From: Lama glama
Lineage: Eukaryota
NCBI GenBank assembly: GCA_028534125.1
Contig: CM052817.1
Location: forward strand, 46,688,001-46,752,000
Reading direction: 5' to 3'
DNA: 64,000 nt
The notes beneath the pieces are model-generated. The model saw only the letters and a program-made list of their open reading frames with translations, did no database searches and was not told the DNA's origin. Made by a program: the position numbers and the translations under genes. Below are positions 13,150 through 41,160 of this stretch, in pieces (positions within the stretch are counted from its first letter, which is position 1; every line of letters starts with the position of its first letter).

Positions 13150-13528
13150 CTGGTTTTTGCAGATGTAATTAAGCTAAGGATCTTGAGCTAAGAATTATCA
13201 GTTGGGTCCTTAAGAGAAAGGCAGGGGGAGATGTAAGGCAGAGAAGGAGGAGCAGATCCAGACACACAGACAAGACGAGGACAAGAAGACGGAAGCAGAG
13301 ACTAGAAGGAAGCAGCGAGCCCAGGAGTGCTGGGGCAGCCCCCAGAGCAGGAAGAGGCGGGGAACGGACGCTCCGCTAGAGCCCCGGGGGCGTGGAGGTG
13401 GCGGGCGGGCGCACTACCCTGGTAGAGTTCAGACCTCTGGTCTCCAGAACCGTGAGCGAGAGAAAGCTGTTGCTTTAAGCCACCAAGTTTGCAGTCGTTT
13501 GTTAGAGTAGCCTCGAGACAGCAATACA
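13150..13528 (+). mobile_element. MaLR LTR (MLT1C/D-like)
   Basis: TTTGCAGATGTAATTAAG...GGATCTTGAG and terminal TTTAAGCCACCAAGTTTG...TTTGTT...AATACA. Confidence 0.8.
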
Positions 13529-13699
13529 TCCTCATTCTCAAGCTTGAGTCTTTAACCTCCTCAGTGGTTTCTTGTGTTTTTGATGTCAATTTCTCAGACC
13601 CATGCTTCTCCTTCTCCCCAGTGTGACTTTTACAGATCGAGCTAGCTACCCTTCTAGTTCACCACCTTAGAAGAAAATACAGCCCATGGCATGTGTATT

Positions 13700-14950
13700 C
13701 ATCCACACATCCATCAAATAGTTACCGAATGCCTACTGTGTTCCAGGCGCTGTTCTTATGCTGACGATAACAGAAGCCAACAAAACAGATAGAAAGCCCT
13801 GTCCTCACGGGGCTTACACTAGCGGAGGTAGACAGATTTTGATATTTTGATAACTGGTGTGGGGAATAAGGGTAGGTGTACAATTTAAAATAAGACAGTC
13901 AAGAAGGACTACTCATCTAGCAGGTGATACAATAAGTAGAAGCCTGAGGAGGTGATGGGGTGAGCCCCACACATATCTAAGGGCAGTTTCCAAGGAAGAA
14001 AAATCACAAGTGCAAAACTCTGAGCAGGAAATTAATTGGTAACTTGAAGAACATCAAGGGAACCACTGTGCCCGAGCAAAGGGACCCAGTGGAAAAGAAG
14101 AAAGAGAAAGTGGCAGAAAGCTATCACCATGTAGAGCCACTGTAGAGACCTTGCTCTGAGTGAGATAGGAAGCCACTAAGTGAAAAAGTAGCATAATGTA
14201 TGTAGATGTAAAGGATCACTTCAATTATTATGTGGAGCCTCAAGCCTGGGATGAGGCAAGGGTCCATGTAAGGAGACCTATTAGGAAGCTATTGCAATAA
14301 CCCATGTGTGGTATGGTCATGGCTTAGACTGGTGATACTGGGAGAAAGGCAAATTCTGGATATACTTTGAAGATAGGACCAACAAGCTCTGCTTGTGGAT
14401 TGAATGTAGGGTGATATGAAACAGAGGAACCGTAGGTGACACTAAGGTTTCTGGCTTGAGCAACTAGAAGGATGGACAAGACAGAGGGAGACACCAATTT
14501 GGGGTGGGACAGAGTTCAGTTTAAAATGTGCTACGTTTGGATTGTCTCTGCAATGCCAATATGAAGATGTCAGGGAGGAAGCTGGCACAAGAGCTAGAAA
14601 GTAAGGAAGAAACCAGGCTGGAGATATAAACATGTGTTGTCAACATCTAGATGGTATTAATGCACCAAGTCTATAAGAGATCACATGGGAAAAGTGCAGA
14701 TTCAGGAACAGCTGCTTTGGAGCACTCCAACATTTAGAGGTCAAAGAATTGCAGAAAATACAATGAAGAAGACTGAGAAGATGTAGCCAATAAGATCCAG
14801 AACTCAAGTAGAAAAATGTTTCAAGGAAAAGGGAATAATCAATTGAGTCAGATTCTAGTGAGAGAAATCAGGTTAAGTCAAAGACTGAGAAATGACTACA
14901 GGACCTTGCAGCATGGAAGTCATTGGCAACCTTGACTACACATGTTTCTG
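13700..14950 (-). mobile_element. L2 (L2a-like) fragment
   Basis: CATCAAATAGTTACCGAATGCCTACTGTGTTCCAGGC 3' end; GGAGACCTATTAGGAAGCTATTGCAATAA; GGCTGGAGATATAAA; GTCATTGGCAACCTTGAC. Confidence 0.85.
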
Positions 14951-15449
14951 CCTTGAGTCTTTATTTGTTGTTTGCTTAATTTGGTTTTTCTAAGAAGTAG
15001 AAATGTTCTAAAATCTCCAATTTATTATTGTATTTTGTCAATTTGTTCTAGTGTTTCCCATCATTTTTTCCCCTCATTTATGTCAGTGAAATATCATTTG
15101 GCTTATAAATTTTCCAAACAGTTTTATCTTACTTGAACTTTCCTCTTAACAATAAAAAAATCATTTTTCCTATTAAATACTTTAATGTTGAATTCTACTT
15201 TATCTTATTGTGAACTCTAAGTTAATACCTCTTAGAATTACGCCAAAATCAGGCAAAGTCCACAGATATTGCAACAGAATTGAAAGAAAAATGTAAAGTA
15301 CAAAGCAATTGAGTTCGAACTGAAAGCACGTTTTTTTGCTCTGAGCAAATGTTTTCTCCTGCAGCAGAGGCCAAAACATGAATGTAGTTTTTAGATTTCT
15401 ATTCAAAGCTAATACAATAAACAGCCTCCTTACTGGTGGACTGATTTTT

Positions 15450-16030
15450 TTGTCACCATTTACTGACCTTGCCTTGTTCCACTCTTTCATCTGCCCCTAC
15501 TCCCCATCCTCCATTTCTCATGAGTTATATTCTTAAAAGGTAACCTCCCTGCTTAGATATTACTTTGGTCTACTGTTACCTGCAAGGCATTGACCAGACC
15601 CCTTGGAGTAAAGCTCATGAAAATCTACTCAATGCTACATAGTTCGCATATCTTGCTTGATCTTCCGTATCTATACCTTTCCTACCCACCCTCTGCGGCC
15701 CTAAAATCATTCATGTTTTGTCATAGCCCATGTTTTCCTCTTTCATGTATTTGCCTTTTTCTTTACTTGAACTGATGATTACTCACTCATTTCGAAGATG
15801 CTTCTTAAATGTTCGTCTCTTGCAGTGTGACTTTCCCCAGTCAAAACTGGTCTCACCCACACTTTGATTCTCTCAACAACATGTCACCCCCTCTATAATG
15901 GCCATAATCTGTTGCATTGTTATTAGTTGCTTCCTTCTTGACTAAAGCAATTGGAGGACAGTGACCGTACCCAGGACACCACCTTGTACACAAGGAGTAT
16001 TCAATAAACACTTGTAGAATAAAAAATAAT
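15450..16030 (+). mobile_element. Degraded L2 3' fragment
   Basis: Pyrimidine-rich body ending TTCAATAAACACTTGTAGAATAAA. Confidence 0.5.
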
Positions 16031-16487
16031 AATAATTGATTAAAATGTTAATTACATTCAATCAAAACAATTAAGTGTGGCTAAAACTTATGTTTTAAAA
16101 GGTCTATCAATAGAGAACTGAACAAGACTAAGAAAAAAATAGATGTTAAATTTTGAGTAGCATCATTCTTGAGTGATCCTATAAAAACATAATGATTTTT
16201 CTCATCTCCAACTTATCTGTTAGAATACTTAAGTGGTTATTTAATAAACAGTGTGCCCTAACAGCACCAAACAGTGCTTAACTTGGGAACTTTTTTTTAG
16301 TTCACCACATAATCTAGCCTTCGGTGTCATAAATCCATCCTTGAGTGGTCTTAACCTCCTACAATAACTGATATTCAGTGCTTTTTAACTAGAATCTGCT
16401 GTGGACAATAGTCTACAACATAGTGTACAAAACTATTTTAAAAAATTATCTAGAAGTTTTCATAAATAAGCAAGCAAGGAAAAAGGA

Positions 16488-16636
16488 AACATTTAGAGAT
16501 ACTTTATTTATATGATAGGAAAATCTCACACAAAGCCTTCGTCATTTCTTTAATTCACAAAAAGCACAGATCAGTTAGAATTAAAAGGGAAAATTTCCAT
16601 CAAACAATAAAGACTTATTGCCTTCTTCTCTTCATC
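16488..16636 (-). other. AFP: AFP exon 15 (3' UTR) with AATAAA poly(A) signal; 3' end approximate
   Basis: CAG acceptor at 16637-16639; AATAAA on minus strand at 16503-16508; resembles the AFP 3' UTR. Confidence 0.8.
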
Positions 16637-17006
16637 CTGTAATATGAACAAAAATATAAATACTAATTAAATTAATATATGCATAAAGTAACTGGTTTTA
16701 TTATTTTATATCAGATATATCAGTCAGATATAGATCAGATATATAGATAGGAAGGTCTTCTGATGGAATTCTCTGAAACCTTTGAAATAACCTAAAAGAA
16801 TTCTGAGTTAGTTTTAATCATTAATCTAGCATTGCAGGCATAATTTCGTTCCAAGCTTTTAAAATAAACTTTTTTATTTAATTGCATTTAATTTTAAGAA
16901 AAATATTTAATGTTAGCTCTTAGGATGTATTTCACTATGGATCAACACTTGGAAAGAACTTACTTTATAGTTAGCATTGTCTGAATTTTTTGTTACCTGA
17001 AGTAAT

Positions 17007-34463
<17,457 letters not shown>

Positions 34464-34530
34464 GGTTGCTAGTTATTTCGTTGGTGATGGTGGTGATGAG
34501 GGAAGAATATTGAAAATCATGCTGAAATTC

Positions 34531-34672
34531 TTTTATACTCTTCTCTAGCAATGCCTGTTAACTAGTAATCTTTTGTTGGTATAGCGGTTACTTTATTTCC
34601 TTATGTTGCAAATGTACAACTTGCTTAATAATTAACAACATAGGGATTGTTTGTGTTTTATGTTCAAGGACA
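34531..34672 (-). promoter_or_regulatory. AFP proximal promoter: TATA, two HNF1 sites, LRH-1/FTF (NR5A2) site
   Basis: TATAAAA 34531-34537; proximal HNF1 GATTACTAGTTAAC 34557-34570; distal HNF1 GTTAATTATTAAG 34624-34636; TCAAGGACA (+ strand) 34664-34672; order matches the known AFP promoter layout. Confidence 0.88.
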
Positions 34673-35257
34673 AGACCTCTTTGGGGTCGAAAGGGTGGGG
34701 GAGGACTTGCAAATTCATTCCATTTTGCAAATATAACAAATATTCTTCTCAAAACTATGGAGTGTTCAAGGGGATGACTTTTCCCTAAATTGTATATTAG
34801 AAGTTAATAAGGCCATAAACAAAAGACATCAGACTTTGTATGAAATTCAACTAAATATACTAATTTGTTTAAAAAATAGTAACTGACTGTCTATTCTACG
34901 CCAGGAACTGGGCACATGGTTTGACCAACTCAGACTCTTCATTACAGATTATTGCTTGATTAGTGTGTCCTTTAGCTTAAAAATCCTTTTCACCTGATCT
35001 GTATGTCAGTAAGATCAATTTTTAAAAAATTTAGTATACTGTGTACAGCTGAACAAAAATTTAGAACACAAACTGTGACGAGCCAAGTTCTATAATAAGT
35101 TTATTTGCTGCAAAGTAATTCTGCATATATGTCAAACTGACATGGATGAGCTACACTGTTCATTTAGCAACTCAAGATGATTATGTTAATACTAAATAAA
35201 TACTTACGAACACCACCTGATTCTAGGAGAGGTTCACCTTGTAACCTCCCTGTCTAG

Positions 35258-35422
35258 GAGGATTCTCAGTCTTGGCTGCACATTAAAATCACTAGAGTAA
35301 TTGTTAAAATTCTCAGTGTCTTGGCTGCACCCAAGACCAATGAAATCAGAATCTTTGGCATCAGTATTTTCTAAAGCTTCACAGATGATTCATTATTATA
35401 AAGTTAGGATTACAAAACCAAA
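35258..35422. mobile_element. MER5-type hAT MITE about 0.8 kb upstream of AFP
   Basis: CTTGGCTGCACATTAAAATCAC...AATGAAATCAGAATCT...GGCATCAGTATTTT...AGATGATTC. Confidence 0.7.
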
Positions 35423-36562
35423 TTAGCTACAATAGAAAATAAATAAATATGATGCATTTACAAAATGGAGTAATATGTAGTCATCAAAATAATTTTGTGG
35501 AAGAATAGTTAATGATACAGAAAAATGTTTGTAATGTATCACTAAGTGGAAAATAGAAAAAATAGAGAGAGAATAATTCCACCCCCCTCAAAAAAAAGTG
35601 TAGAATAAAAGACATGTCTTTTCACATAACTTCCAGCCTTTCTAGGAGATAAAAAGAATTATTATGACATGAACAAGTTCTTCATTGCTGGCCAAGTAAA
35701 ATTCCCATTCATTTGGTTCTTGTTCTTTTTCCGCTACGTGTGGCCACCCTCGGTCTCACCTCCTAAGGAACAGGAACAGGCCTTGTTCCTTACTCCCTCA
35801 GCAAGAGGCATCATTCACTTCGTCTGTCCACTGGGATATTCATGGGACACCACTCTCCTTCTATCCCTAGAGAGGGCTATTTATTCAAATATATTAGCAT
35901 AAGAAAGCAAAGGCATTGGTTGTGAAGAACTGAACCATTTTATGGAGCAAACTATATACAGTTTGTCTAGGCATGAAGCAAATATCCCCAAACTTTCTAC
36001 ACTGCCTGGTCCCTTATCTGCACTCGGTAACACTTGCTGAATAAAGGATGAATGTATTTGTCCAAAAACAGGGATTTAAGGTAGAGGAAGAGGTTACACT
36101 CTAGAATCTCATATTTTACACACTCTGAGATCTTTGTAACTTTAAAAAACATATTTCAAATGTTATACACACACACACACACAGACAATCTGCAAAACTG
36201 AGCAATACAATCCCACCATTTCATCAAAAGATTAGAGGAGACTATGCAAAATGCCTTACAAATTGTAGGAACTTACTGAAGTGTGCTTATTTCGATATTA
36301 TAAATACAGACATACATACATGTATACACACACATATACACATAACAACAAACAGTATGTGCACATTAAGCTGATATGTCTTGCGTCAGCTACCAGTTTG
36401 TTAGGATGCCAATAACACTAAACCAGAAGCACCAGGCTCCTGTCAGTCCAGGGCCCAGTTGAATCTTCTATCACATATTGGCCTTGTTTGTGTCATCCTT
36501 TAACCTCCTTCCATATTCTCCGTTTCTGAGCAGATCTCTGCTATTTCCTGCTGTGTAATCAG

Positions 36563-36790
36563 AAGGGCAGTACAGTGTCATGGTTAAACCTAAGGGCTTG
36601 GGGACCAGGTTTGAATTTTTTCCCTACCGCTTATTAGCTACATAACTTTGGGTGAGTTATTTAATTTCTCTCAGTTTTACTTTTATCACCTATAAAATAA
36701 GGATAGCGATAGAATTCTTTCCTGACTAAATAGATTAATGAGTGTAAATGGCTCAGAATCGGGCCTTGTGCAGAGTAGCATTTAATAGAT
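36563..36790 (+). mobile_element. MIR SINE (other MIR-like remnants near 27.3, 28.8, 29.9, 32.0-32.5, 38.3, 49.7, 50.9, 53.1, 54.2, 55.4 and 58.1 kb)
   Basis: GGCAGTACAGTGTCATGGTTAA...ACTTTGGGTGAGTTATTTAATTTCTCTCAGTTT...TAAAATAAGGATA MIR core. Confidence 0.75.
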
Positions 36791-37269
36791 GAGATTTTTA
36801 TTTATTCATTCAATGAAAAGATAAAGTCTATATATCAGTCCCTTTTCTTTGATAGAAATAATCAGCAACAAGAAATAGGTACCACCCCTGGTCTCACTGA
36901 GTTCACCATCTAACAGGAGAAATGGACACTAATTACCAGCAGTAATGGATGCAGTGATAAATGAAGTGAGAAGAGGAACACCTGACATCTTTGGAGGGAG
37001 TCAAGGAAGGCTTCCTGGAGAAAGTAACCTATTAATGGGGACAAGTAGAAAAACTGGAGGTGGACCAAACAAAGAGGGAAGGAAGAGTGTCCCAGGCAAA
37101 AGTAGAAAGCAGTGGAAAGGCCCATTGTAAGGGTGAACATAGCATATTTAAGGAACCAGGAGAAATGCAATTTCAATAAAATACAAAGTTTAAAGATGAG
37201 AAGATTTACTCTATAAAGGGAATTTATGGCAAAGTGGGCAGGGCCACATCTCAAAGACCTTTTTTAAAT

Positions 37270-37554
37270 AACTTTTTTAATTGAAGTATAGTCAATTTAC
37301 AATGTGTTAATTTCTGGTGTACAGCATAATATTTCAGTTATACACACACACACACACACATATACACATTCCTTTTCCTATTCTTTTCCATTATAGGTTA
37401 TTACAAGGTATTGAATATAGTTCCCTGTGCTGTACAGTAGAAACTTGTTGTTTATCTGTTTTATATATAGTAGTTAGTATCTGCTAATCCCTAACTCCCA
37501 ATTTATCCCTTCCCACCCTCTTCCCCCCCGGTAACCGTAAGTTTGTTTTCCATG
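37270..37554 (-). mobile_element. Truncated young L1 3' end inserted into an L2 relic
   Basis: TTTTTTAATTGAAGTATAGTCAATTTACAATG...GTAACCGTAAGTTTGTTTTC; flanks TCAAAGACCTTTTTTAAAT / TCAAACACCTTTTAAAT as approximate TSD. Confidence 0.88.
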
Positions 37555-37574
37555 TCAAACACCTTTTAAATCAA

Positions 37575-38100
37575 GTTTACGTTTCATCCTAAGGTAATAG
37601 ACTCCAAAGGGGAGCTAATAAAAATTGCATTTGTGTTTTGAAACCATCTCTTTGTTACAAAAGGAGGCAAGATTGTGATAAGGAGACCAGTTAGGAAGTT
37701 TTACAATAATATGGTTCAATTAGTGGCCTGTATGAGAGTGGTGCTCATGGGGAATCAAAGTTGTGGATGAAGGTAAGTGACATGAGTGACATAAAATCAA
37801 AAGAACTTATTGAGTGTGTGTTCAGTTTTGCTTGTATCGAAGTTTAAGACAGTGACCGGTTTACTCTGGTTTCTGTTAACTTAGTGTAATTATTAAGCAA
37901 AACATACCGGTCTGCGAGTTGGAATACCTTTAAGACCTCTACTAGGGAAGCTGATGGAACAAGATCTAGGCTGGAGATGGGAATTCAGGAATCATCAGCA
38001 TACAGACGGTTATCACAGCCCTTTGATGGGATAATAAAGAGAGACTGTGGTGAGAAGAGGTACCTTGAGACACCAAATTTTAAGCGACAAAAGAGGAGCT
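37575..38100 (-). mobile_element. L2 relic (continues from about 36950-37250) overlapping the AFP enhancer
   Basis: GGAGACCAGTTAGGAAG, AGGCTGGAGATGGGAATT, ATCATCAGCATACAGACGGT motifs colinear with the L2 at 14270-14740. Confidence 0.7.
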
Positions 38101-38290
38101 GTGAACCAGAGTTTGTCTACTAACTGAAAACAACCCTTAATGTGTATGTGTCATTGAGCAAAGTGTTGTCCGAAGTACACAGTTCACATCAAATGTGTTT
38201 CCATTGCTCTAATTCTGATTCTGCTCACCTTTCCACAAATCTATGAAGCTCAAAAATAACAGTATGGTAAACTGGACTTTTGTATCAGAC
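37780..38290 (-). promoter_or_regulatory. AFP upstream enhancer (orthologue of the human -3.3 to -4 kb enhancer domains)
   Basis: AT-motif CTTAATAATTACA on minus strand at 37885-37897 (HNF1/ATBF1 type) about 3.4 kb upstream of AFP; C/EBP-like ATTGAGCAA 38153-38161; forkhead GTAAAC plus HNF4-like TGGACTTTTG 38267-38282; resembles the recalled human enhancer sequence. Confidence 0.7.
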
Positions 38291-39924
38291 AGATGCTAAT
38301 CTCGTCTGTGCAGTTATTAGCCATGTGACCTTGAGCAAATAACTTAATCTCTCTGACTCTTAATTTTCTCACATGTATCATGAAAATGATAATATTTCCC
38401 CTGAAGTCTTTTTATGTAAAGATGAAATAATGTTTTTAAAGTATCTGATACCTAACAGACAATTAAAAAGAGAAGAATCATTATTATCATAATTAGCATT
38501 GCTATTAGTGTTAAATATTGGAGGTGCTCTTCTTCACAGCAACAAAGCTATACATACAGTTGCTAGAAGAAGTCTTCTCTTCAGACAATCCTGACTACTT
38601 ATTCTTTCTGGGATCTATTTTGTTCTTTGTTGGTTTTGAGTGGTTGGTTGTTTGAAAGTTTAGGATTTTAAAATCTCTCTTTCCCTTCTTCATTGATGCT
38701 TGTAAGAACTTTATCCATCCTTTAAGGACTACATGAAATAATTCCCCATGAATGTATCTGTGATTACCCTCTAGCAGTAAATGAGAGAGAACACTCTAAT
38801 TTTTGACAACTCATAACACCTTTCAGAACGTTTCCATGACAGTTGTCATTTGATCTTATATCACAGTCATTTGCAAGCTTATGCAATTCTTCCTTACGCA
38901 GATAGTTGATTTCTTGGATTCAAGGACTCATATTTATGACTCCTGCAGTGCTTAGCACAAAGTCTGACACAAAAGCAGAGCCCTTGTAAGTGGACATTAA
39001 GTGGCACTGAATCGGATTGTTGTAGTCAAGATTTATGCACTAACTGTCCTCACTCGTTCATCTGACATAAATGAATGACACATCACTCATACCTTTCTGA
39101 CCAGAAAGTATTACTGAAATGTTTACATTTATATTTGCGCTGATATTCAGGGTCTAGGGGCCCTGGACAGACATGAGAAGGGGACAGTACTTAGGGTCTT
39201 GATTAGGAAGCTGATAACTCTGGTTGCAAGTCGTAGAGCTTAAAACAGACTCCGTAGGCAGATATAAGCCAAATTCCAGCAGGATGAATGTTTCCAAAGT
39301 CCTCCAGCTCAATAGGGTCTTCTTGTCCCTTGAGGTCTGATTACATTTGGCCCAATGCTGATCCCACCTACAGAGAGCAAACAGAATTATCACCACCCTC
39401 CCTAGATTTCTAAGAATCCAGGAGTAGGGGACGACTGATCTCACTTACATTTGTCACGACTAGCTCTTCTTTCCTTGTGCTGCTAGATTCTCCTTGCCTG
39501 CGCTTTGTCTTCTCTACTATCCATGCTACCCCTTCCCTATCCCAAACCTTAAGTTGGACATGCCTCAACCACTTTTTATAGAACCCTCAATGCAAGTTTG
39601 CATCAAGATATTTAAAAGCAGTACAGGAACCATACAATAATAAACCTGTCTAAAAAAAGACATTTGAAGTCAATATTTGAAACAGCTTTTTCAGGTTCTG
39701 TCCTTACCACCTGGCTCCTCATGTGAAGCTCTCCTTTCTTGGTTTCTCCTCCCTCCTCCTTCTCATCTTTCTCATCTAACCCAAGCTCCTACACTCCTCC
39801 TCCTATTACTGTTTTCAGGCAGAGCAAACCGTCTTTCCCTTTGTTTACTTGGAGCCTATCTGAATCATGCTCTGGTTGCGGGGAAGCTACTTTTCACATT
39901 TGCTTGCTTCCAAAATCTCTTTTG

Positions 39925-40042
39925 GAAAGAGAAGGGGGTGGGGGAGGGCAGGAGGGAGAAGAGAGGGAGAAAGAAGGAAGGCGGGAAGGAAGGAAGGAAA
40001 GCAATAAAGAAGAAGAAAAAGAAAGAGAAAAGGAGAAAGAAA
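39925..40042. repeat. Polypurine (GA-rich) low-complexity tract
   Basis: About 115 nt of nearly pure A/G including GGAA repeats. Confidence 0.85.
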
Positions 40043-40728
40043 ACTGTTTTCCATAAACAAAGGGATTTCGCCTCTCTTTTTTAGTGGGGGCTGGGGGCAG
40101 GGGATGTTGTGTTTTTCCTCTCTTCCACAGAGGGACAAAATGAGAGGGATCAGAGTCAGAGAAGGCAACCAATCTGCCTGCCAAATTTGAAAGGACAGAA
40201 GTACCTCGAGGTTACCAGGGTGAAGTAAAACATCAATGTGGGCCAAGCAGAGATACAGCAAAGTAAGTCAAGGGCCAACTGGAAACAAATTCCACAAAAA
40301 TCTATGTCCTGTTAACAGCATTTCTCCTTAAATGAGTTGGCTTCTCCTGCTGGGTTAGGCATGGATCCTTAAAACAGCAGAACTGGCATACCAAGTTAGA
40401 TTATAAACTGTTTGAGGAAAACAACCAACCTTTGGAGAGCATCTCCCAAAAGTCCTAGGGGGAAAAAAACTTGCATAGAAAAACAAGTACTTTCTGAATG
40501 CTTCTTCGTAATGACATATACTTTCTCTGATGAGGAACTGCTTATGACCCCTCTCTTCCCAGCTGCTATCGCCACAGTGGGGTATGAGAGATCACGAAGG
40601 GGTTCTCTGGCCTTGTGCCATCAGCAGCATAATTGCTGGATACTTCCTTCCTTCAGCAAGGTTGAGAGACGGCTCATTGTCACAGGAGACTCAGAAAAGC
40701 CCCCTGGGTGGACCAGAGGTCTCATACA

Positions 40729-41160
40729 CTGCTGTGGGCTAAATGTTTGTGTCCCCTCAAAATTCATACGTTGAAGCCCTAACCCACCACGTAATGGTAT
40801 TTGGAGAAGGAGCCTTCGGCAGCTTTAGACGAGGTCATGAGCAGAGGACCCTGTGATAGGGTTAATGTCTTTATAAGAAGAGACAGCAGAGAGCGCTCTT
40901 GCATTTGCATTCTCTGTCTTTCTCTCCCTCCCCCTCCCTCTCTCTCTGTCCGCCTTTCTCTCTCTCTCTCCTCCTCTGTTAAGGTATAGTATGAAGGTGG
41001 CCATCTGCAAGCCAGCTACTGAGCACTTGCCTGAAACTGAACCTTACCAGAAACTTGATCTTGGACTTTCCAGCCTCCAGAACCATGAGAAAATAAATTT
41101 CTGCTGCTTAAGCCACCTAGTCTATGGTATTTTGTTATGGGAGCCCAAGCTGACTCACAC
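40729..41160 (+). mobile_element. MaLR solo LTR (MLT1A-like) with an internal CT-rich tract
   Basis: TGCTGTGGGCTAAATGTTTGTGTCCCCTCAAAATTCATACGTTGAAGCCCTAACC...CTTGATCTTGGACTTTCCAGCCTCCAGAAC...TATGGTATTTTGTTATGG. Confidence 0.9.

Noticed and set aside
39677..40261. Overlapping ORFs with K/E/R-rich or S/L/F-rich stretches
   Set aside because: They come from the polypurine low-complexity tract; no coding signal.
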